Source: Dehalococcoidia bacterium (GTDB taxonomy: Bacteria; Chloroflexota; Dehalococcoidia; GIF9; UBA5629). From it: a DNA stretch of 64,000 nt. The DNA is taken from positions 25,007-89,006 of the forward strand of contig DAOTVU010000029.1 in the NCBI GenBank assembly GCA_034436215.1. Direction: 5' to 3'. Both the position numbers and the translations under genes were made by a program. This document shows positions 58,793 through 64,000 of the stretch, one piece after another. The notes below the pieces were generated by a model. That model was not told the DNA's origin. It searched no databases and saw only the letters and a list, made by a program, of their open reading frames with translations. The first letter of the stretch is position 1. The number at the start of each line of letters is the position of its first letter.

Positions 58793-60142
58793 TTATGGTA
58801 ATTTTTTAATAAATCCTTTTTTCATCATAAGTTGGACAGATTCCCTGGCATTTTTTATCATTGTTGTTGCCTGCTGGGTAAGCGCTTCTTTAGAAATTTT
58901 GATACGTGCTATACCCTGTTCCTGAGCTTTCATTCCAACAGCAACAGCTTCCCGTATAAAAACTTCCCATTCTCCCATGGTAGGAGCTATATTTTCCTCG
59001 TTTATGCCCCTATCTTCAGCACATTGAGCAAGTTCATGCGCCGCTGCCAGACACATTTCATCGGTAATCGTTCTGGCTTTTACATCGAGTGTGCCCCGAA
59101 AGATAGCAGGGAAACCGATTGAGTTATTTACCTGGTTTGGAAAATCGGATCTGCCAGTAGCAACAATTCGGGCACCGGCTTCTTTAGCATCCCACGGCCA
59201 TATTTCTGGAACAGGATTGGCACAGGCAAAAACAATAGCATCTTTGGCCATGTTTCTGATCCATTCGGGCTTTATGACATCCGGTCCGGATTTTGATAAT
59301 GATATGCAAACGTCAACACCTTTAAGTGCTTCAGCAATACCACCGGTACGTTTTTCAGGATTGGTAGTCAAACAGAGATCCCATTTATAGGGGTTTTCCT
59401 TCTGCTTTTCTTCAAGGTCTTTACGTCCGGGATGAAGTATAGACTTGCTGTCAACAACAATTGTGTTTGATTTTTTGAATCCGTCAGCAAATAAAAGTCT
59501 TAGAATAGCTATATTGGCAGCACCACTTCCGATAACAGCCATGGTAACATTTTCTTTGCTTTTACCGACGATCTTAAGCGCATTAATAAGGCCTGCTAAT
59601 GTCACCGCGGCCGTACCCTGCTGATCATCATGCCATACCGGTATATTGGCTTCTGCCCGTAATCGATCGAGTATATAGAAGCATTTTGGATTAGCAATAT
59701 CTTCTAAATTGATTCCGCCGAATGAAGGTTGTAGCCATTTAACTGCTTGGATAATCTGATCTGGGTCTTTAGTATCCAGACAAATAGGAACAGCATCAAC
59801 ACCACCGAGGTATTTAAACAATAATGCTTTTCCTTCCATTACCGGCATTCCAGCCTCCGGTCCGATATCACCCAGCCCCAGTACCCTGGTACCGTCACTT
59901 ATTACAGCTATGGTGTTCCACTTGTTTGTAAGCTCATACACCAGATCTTTGTCTGCCTGTATAGCCCTACATGGCTCAGCTACGCCGGGTGTATACCAGA
60001 TAGCGAAATCATTAAAATCCCGTATAATACATCTAGGTATAGTCTGCATTTTCCCTTTATAATATTTATGATATTCGATAGCAACTTCACCCGGTTTACG
60101 CGCTTTTGCAAGAAGTTCATCAATGTTTGGTTTTTTGGACAT
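58793..60142 (-). CDS. NAD(P)-dependent malic enzyme (short form)
   Basis: YTPGVAEPC, the divalent-metal/substrate region NLEDI, and NAD(P) fold [10 protein letters not shown]. Confidence 0.87.
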   Translation of the reverse strand: MSKKPNIDELLAKARKPGEVAIEYHKYYKGKMQTIPRCIIRDFNDFAIWYTPGVAEPCRAIQADKDLVYELTNKWNTIAVISDGTRVLGLGDIGPEAGMPVMEGKALLFKYLGGVDAVPICLDTKDPDQIIQAVKWLQPSFGGINLEDIANPKCFYILDRLRAEANIPVWHDDQQGTAAVTLAGLINALKIVGKSKENVTMAVIGSGAANIAILRLLFADGFKKSNTIVVDSKSILHPGRKDLEEKQKENPYKWDLCLTTNPEKRTGGIAEALKGVDVCISLSKSGPDVIKPEWIRNMAKDAIVFACANPVPEIWPWDAKEAGARIVATGRSDFPNQVNNSIGFPAIFRGTLDVKARTITDEMCLAAAHELAQCAEDRGINEENIAPTMGEWEVFIREAVAVGMKAQEQGIARIKISKEALTQQATTMIKNARESVQLMMKKGFIKKLP

Positions 60143-60176
60143 AATACTTACCTCTTTATAATCATCATAATAATAT

Positions 60177-61718
60177 CTAAGTTTTATATTTAAAAACAGT
60201 ATGTCTCTGCCATTCTGGGAGAGTATATGGAAAATCTACTCGATAGTGGGCTCCTCGACTTTCTTCTCTAATCAAAGCTGCCTCGGTTACGAGGCGTGCA
60301 TTGGTAACCATAGCGTTCAATTCGTAAGACGGGCGGTCAACAGGCTGAGGAAGATGTTTATACCAGTATGATAATATACCTGCCGCATGTTTTAGACTTT
60401 CTCCGCTTCTAATAATGCCAACATCATCCCATAGTAAGGACTGCAGGTTCTGTAAATTTAACGGAGGGACTTCATCTTCAGCCGGCGCATAACTCAAACT
60501 ATAATAATTAACTGCACAACTTTTTGGCATACTTCCTGTATCCCCAATAATACTTTTTTCAATTATCCGCTTGCTGAATACAACCACTTCAAGTAAGGAG
60601 TTAGAAGCTAACCTGTTTGCGCCGTGTACGCCGGTACAGGCTGTTTCACCTGCAGCAAATAATCCCTTTATATTTGTCTCACCCCACGTATTAACCTTGA
60701 CTCCTCCCATAAGATAATGGGCAGCGGGAGCCACTGGAATTAAACCTTTAGTAATATCCAGCCCATGATCGAGACAAAAGCGATATATATGCGGAAATCT
60801 GGTAGTTATTTGTACTGGTGGCAAATGTGTAACATCCAAAAACACCCTGTCGCTACCAGTTTTCCTCATCTCAGCAATGATGCTACGGGCCACCACATCT
60901 CTCGGTGCCAGTTCTGCCTGGGGTGAGTAGTCAGGCATAAAGCGATACCCTTCAACATTACGGAGTATGCCTCCTTCACCCCTCACCGCTTCAGTAATTA
61001 AAAAAGGCCATACGCCTGGCAGCCTTAAGGCAGTTGGATGAAACTGGATAAATTCCATATCAGTAATTTCTGCACCAGCACGAAAGGCAAGTGCAATGCC
61101 ATCACCAGTAGCTGTATCAGAATTGGTCGTATATTTATATAAACGGCCGGCGCCACCGGTAGCAAGTATCACAAATTTACATCCGTATGTTTCACTAAGT
61201 CCGCTGCGAAAGTCAGTTGCTCTTAACGATTTCACCTCGCCATTTTCTGTTATGATATCGGTTACCAAACAGTATTCAAGAACGTCAATAGGAGACATTA
61301 AGACCTGTTCGCTGAGTGTCGATTCAATATATTCCCCTGTGGCATCACCACCTGCATGTAATATTCGTGGAACGGAATGTGCTGCCTCTTTGGTTAATGC
61401 GATTTCGCCTTCCAAGGTATCAAAGGGAACACCATACCTGATAAGATCTGAAATTCTATCCGGTGCTTCGGTTACTAGGATTCGAACAGCTTCGGGGTCA
61501 CAGAGGCCGGCACCAGCATTTATGGTATCGCTATAATGCAAATCTGCCGAGTCGTTTTTACCAATGGCAGCTGCGATACCACCCTGGGCATAACGGGTAT
61601 TGCATTCTTCGATATGTCCCTTGGTGATAATAAGTACCGAACCATGTTCTTTAGCAAGCAAAGCACTATACAGGCCTGCAATTCCACTACCTACTATTAC
61701 GTAATCGTAATATTTCAT
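60177..61718 (-). CDS. nadB: L-aspartate oxidase
   Basis: FAD fold [10 protein letters not shown], with [15 protein letters not shown] and ESRGAHYR. Length of 513 aa with no covalent-FAD His context. It lacks the SdhA-type C-terminus. Confidence 0.85.
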   Translation of the reverse strand: MKYYDYVIVGSGIAGLYSALLAKEHGSVLIITKGHIEECNTRYAQGGIAAAIGKNDSADLHYSDTINAGAGLCDPEAVRILVTEAPDRISDLIRYGVPFDTLEGEIALTKEAAHSVPRILHAGGDATGEYIESTLSEQVLMSPIDVLEYCLVTDIITENGEVKSLRATDFRSGLSETYGCKFVILATGGAGRLYKYTTNSDTATGDGIALAFRAGAEITDMEFIQFHPTALRLPGVWPFLITEAVRGEGGILRNVEGYRFMPDYSPQAELAPRDVVARSIIAEMRKTGSDRVFLDVTHLPPVQITTRFPHIYRFCLDHGLDITKGLIPVAPAAHYLMGGVKVNTWGETNIKGLFAAGETACTGVHGANRLASNSLLEVVVFSKRIIEKSIIGDTGSMPKSCAVNYYSLSYAPAEDEVPPLNLQNLQSLLWDDVGIIRSGESLKHAAGILSYWYKHLPQPVDRPSYELNAMVTNARLVTEAALIREESRGAHYRVDFPYTLPEWQRHTVFKYKT

Positions 61719-61753
61719 ATGAATTATATTTTCAATTTTATTTAATTTCTATA

Positions 61754-62995
61754 TCAATATTTCTCGAATATTGCACATACACCCATTCCACCACCTCCAC
61801 ATATTGCAATGAGGCCGGTTTTGGAATCGCGTCTTTTCATTTCATGAATAAGTGTTGTAAGAATTCGAGTACCGGTAGCACCCAGTGGATGCCCTAAAGC
61901 TATACACGAACCATTAACATTGATCCTTTCCCTATCTTTTTCCGTAATGCCAAGTTCCTTAAAATTTGCCAGAACCTGGGCACTGAATGCTTCATGAATT
62001 TCAATCAAGTCGATCTGGGACAGGCGTAATCCCGATTTGCTGAGAGCTTTATTAACTGCTTCAGTAACAGATTTCCAGGCCATACGGGGATCGGCTCCGC
62101 TGAATGCAAAGCCTTTCACAGAGGCTAATGGCTTAAGGCCCAGGCTTTTAGCCCTGTCCTCGCTCATTAAGACACAGGCAGATGCACCGTCATTCTCACC
62201 CGATGAATTGCCGGCTGTACAAACACCGCCCTGCACAGGTCTGAGTCTAGCCAGCGCTTCAAGTGTCGTATCGCGTCGTGGTCTCTCATCAATTTCAAAC
62301 ATGATCGACTCACCCTTGCTCTGCTGAACAGGAATGGGAACTATCTCCTCTTTGAATTTACCTGACTCTATGGCATTGCAGGCACGTTGATTGCTTATAA
62401 CTGCCCATTCGTCCACTTCCTTTCTGGTAAGGCCATGCTCTTTGGCAGCCGTTTCAGCCCAGGTCATCATCGACGGAAGAATACCAAACCTCTCCTCAGG
62501 CTGGGACATTACTCTTCCCCGCATGATTCTGTCGTAAAGCGGAATTGACCAGGTAGAAAGGCTGGCATGGCCTCTGGGCATATCGCCGGTGCCACCCAAC
62601 TGCCATCTTATTTCACCTTTTAAATAAAACTCAGCGGTACTCATGCTCTCAACGCCACCAGCAACAACTATTTCGGTATTCCCTGTTAAAATCATCATCG
62701 TTGCAAAAGTAACCGCATCAAGTCCACCAGGGCAACGTCTGTCTATCGTAAATCCAGCTACTTCTACAGGCCAGCCGGCTTTTAATAATGACATACGGGC
62801 AATATTTACATATTCGCCGCTCTGGTAATTTTGTGCCATAATCACCGCATTTACATCTTCGGGTTTAATATTAGAGCGTTTTATAACTTCGTTGAGAACC
62901 GGAACGGCTAAATCATAGGCCGGTACATTTCTCAGAGCACCACCAAAATTCCCTATTGCTGATCTTACCGCACTTGTGATAACGACTTTGTTCAC
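61754..62995 (-). CDS. thiolase (acetyl-CoA C-acyltransferase family)
   Basis: Nucleophile Cys context DRRCPGGLDAV and C-terminal motifs NGSCIALGHPLGATG and CGGGGMG. GTG start. Confidence 0.85.
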   Translation of the reverse strand: MNKVVITSAVRSAIGNFGGALRNVPAYDLAVPVLNEVIKRSNIKPEDVNAVIMAQNYQSGEYVNIARMSLLKAGWPVEVAGFTIDRRCPGGLDAVTFATMMILTGNTEIVVAGGVESMSTAEFYLKGEIRWQLGGTGDMPRGHASLSTWSIPLYDRIMRGRVMSQPEERFGILPSMMTWAETAAKEHGLTRKEVDEWAVISNQRACNAIESGKFKEEIVPIPVQQSKGESIMFEIDERPRRDTTLEALARLRPVQGGVCTAGNSSGENDGASACVLMSEDRAKSLGLKPLASVKGFAFSGADPRMAWKSVTEAVNKALSKSGLRLSQIDLIEIHEAFSAQVLANFKELGITEKDRERINVNGSCIALGHPLGATGTRILTTLIHEMKRRDSKTGLIAICGGGGMGVCAIFEKY

Positions 62996-63209
62996 AATTT
63001 ACCCCCTTAAAGAAGACTGAAATTGTTCAATAATCCGATTATAGCACTTGCATCAATATGCCCTCTCACTCCTATAAAATAGTTAATATTCTGCATTTTA
63101 AGGTGATTTAATTTATAGATAATCGGATTAATTAATCGGGCCAATATTTCACTGGAAGATATTATAGTAAAAATTTATTGATGAATTTTAAATAATCATA
63201 TCTGGTATA

Positions 63210-63222
63210 TCGAAATTTTCGA
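63210..63222. promoter_or_regulatory. perfect palindrome in the thiolase / 3-hydroxyacyl-CoA dehydrogenase divergent region
   Basis: TCGAAA-t-TTTCGA at 63210-63222. A further TCGAAAT half-site lies at 63242-48. Confidence 0.3.
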
Positions 63223-63337
63223 ACAATGCCAAGCAAAAAACTCGAAATTAATAGGCTAAAACCGGATTATATAAATAAAATACTTGTTTGTTTTTGATCA
63301 GGTGATATAATCCCTTAATAATATCGTGGAGGTTAAA

Positions 63338-64000
63338 ATGAATAGCGCCGATTATTTAAATAACATTAAAGTAGTGGCAGTTATAGGGTCCGGTTCTATG
63401 GGAAATCAGATAGCAGAGATTTTAGCCCGCATAGGCGGTTATAAAGTTAACATAACGGACATAAGTTTGGAAATTATAAATAAGGGAATAGCATCTATTG
63501 AATCAAGATTAGACAAATTTTTTGTTTCTAAGGGCAAGATGAGTCCTGATGATAAACAGAAGATATTAAGTTCTATAAATGGAGTGGTAGAAATTGACAA
63601 GGCTGTGAAAGATGCTGATTTTGTAATAGAAGCGGTAATTGAGAATCTTGGTTTGAAAAAAGATATATTTAAAAAATTGAATTCGTTTGCCAAACCAGGT
63701 GTTATCCTTACTTCAAATACATCCTATCTCAATATAACTGAGATGGCAATGGTAACTGAGCGGCCCGAACTTGTGGCTGGAATGCATTTTTTTAATCCTG
63801 TTGCCATGATGAAGCTGGTGGAAGTTGTAAGAGGCACAAAGACGTCCGATATGACCGTTGAAGTGGTGAAAAGCCTGTCCATAAAACTTGGTAAAGAGCC
63901 GGTTATTTGCAGGGATACGAGCTATGGTTTCTTGGCTAATCGGGCCTATCGCGGATTATCGAATGAATGTGTTCAAATGGTATGGGAACGGGTAGCATCA
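63338..64000 (+). CDS. 3-hydroxyacyl-CoA dehydrogenase (N-terminal 221 aa; 3' end off the window)
   Basis: ATG 63338 follows GGAGG. NAD fold VAVIGSGSMGNQIA, with SNTSYL and HFFNPV motifs. The frame is open to the window end. It is absent from the ORF track because there is no stop codon. Confidence 0.88.
   Translation, partial: MNSADYLNNIKVVAVIGSGSMGNQIAEILARIGGYKVNITDISLEIINKGIASIESRLDKFFVSKGKMSPDDKQKILSSINGVVEIDKAVKDADFVIEAVIENLGLKKDIFKKLNSFAKPGVILTSNTSYLNITEMAMVTERPELVAGMHFFNPVAMMKLVEVVRGTKTSDMTVEVVKSLSIKLGKEPVICRDTSYGFLANRAYRGLSNECVQMVWERVAS

Noticed and set aside
63439-63693. 84-aa minus-strand ORF
   Set aside because: It lies opposite the clearly recognisable 3-hydroxyacyl-CoA dehydrogenase gene. 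That gene is missing from the ORF track only because it runs off the window.

Overview
Densely coding bacterial chromosomal segment. I recognise about 56 protein genes and 6 tRNAs. There are no rRNA genes, CRISPR arrays, transposases, integrases or phage genes. GC is roughly 40% from hand counts of a few lines. Genes lie in long, tightly packed operons on both strands. Housekeeping genes are tgt, aspS, tig-clpP, dprA-topA-pepP-efp, lexA, miaB and trmO. The rest is anaerobic carbon and energy metabolism. It includes two Liv-type ABC uptake systems, each with an AMP-forming acyl-CoA ligase. It also includes an indolepyruvate:ferredoxin oxidoreductase plus aminotransferase operon, and three paralogous stand-alone ADP-forming acyl-CoA synthetase alpha-type genes. 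A pyruvate:ferredoxin oxidoreductase (POR) operon is fused to a HydBC/NuoEF-like flavin module. A mae-fum-sdh/frd-suc cluster has split fumarase genes, followed by nadB, a thiolase and a 3-hydroxyacyl-CoA dehydrogenase. This content resembles non-dehalogenating Dehalococcoidia/Chloroflexota-like anaerobes, but that placement is a guess. The best candidates for something undescribed are four. (1) The porGD-porA-porB-nuoE-nuoF-FeS operon has no hydrogenase or FDH catalytic subunit. (2) A GYD-iorAB-aminotransferase-ligase-Liv operon reads as an aryl or branched-chain acid salvage system, and its LivG ATPase is encoded convergently behind tgt. (3) An Arg32-type efp is tightly linked to a PHP esterase and an atypical formyltransferase. 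(4) A low-GC islet encodes a small secreted protein and a lipoprotein built from an intact plus a degenerate deacetylase-like repeat. All functional calls come from motif recognition by eye, and no database search was run.
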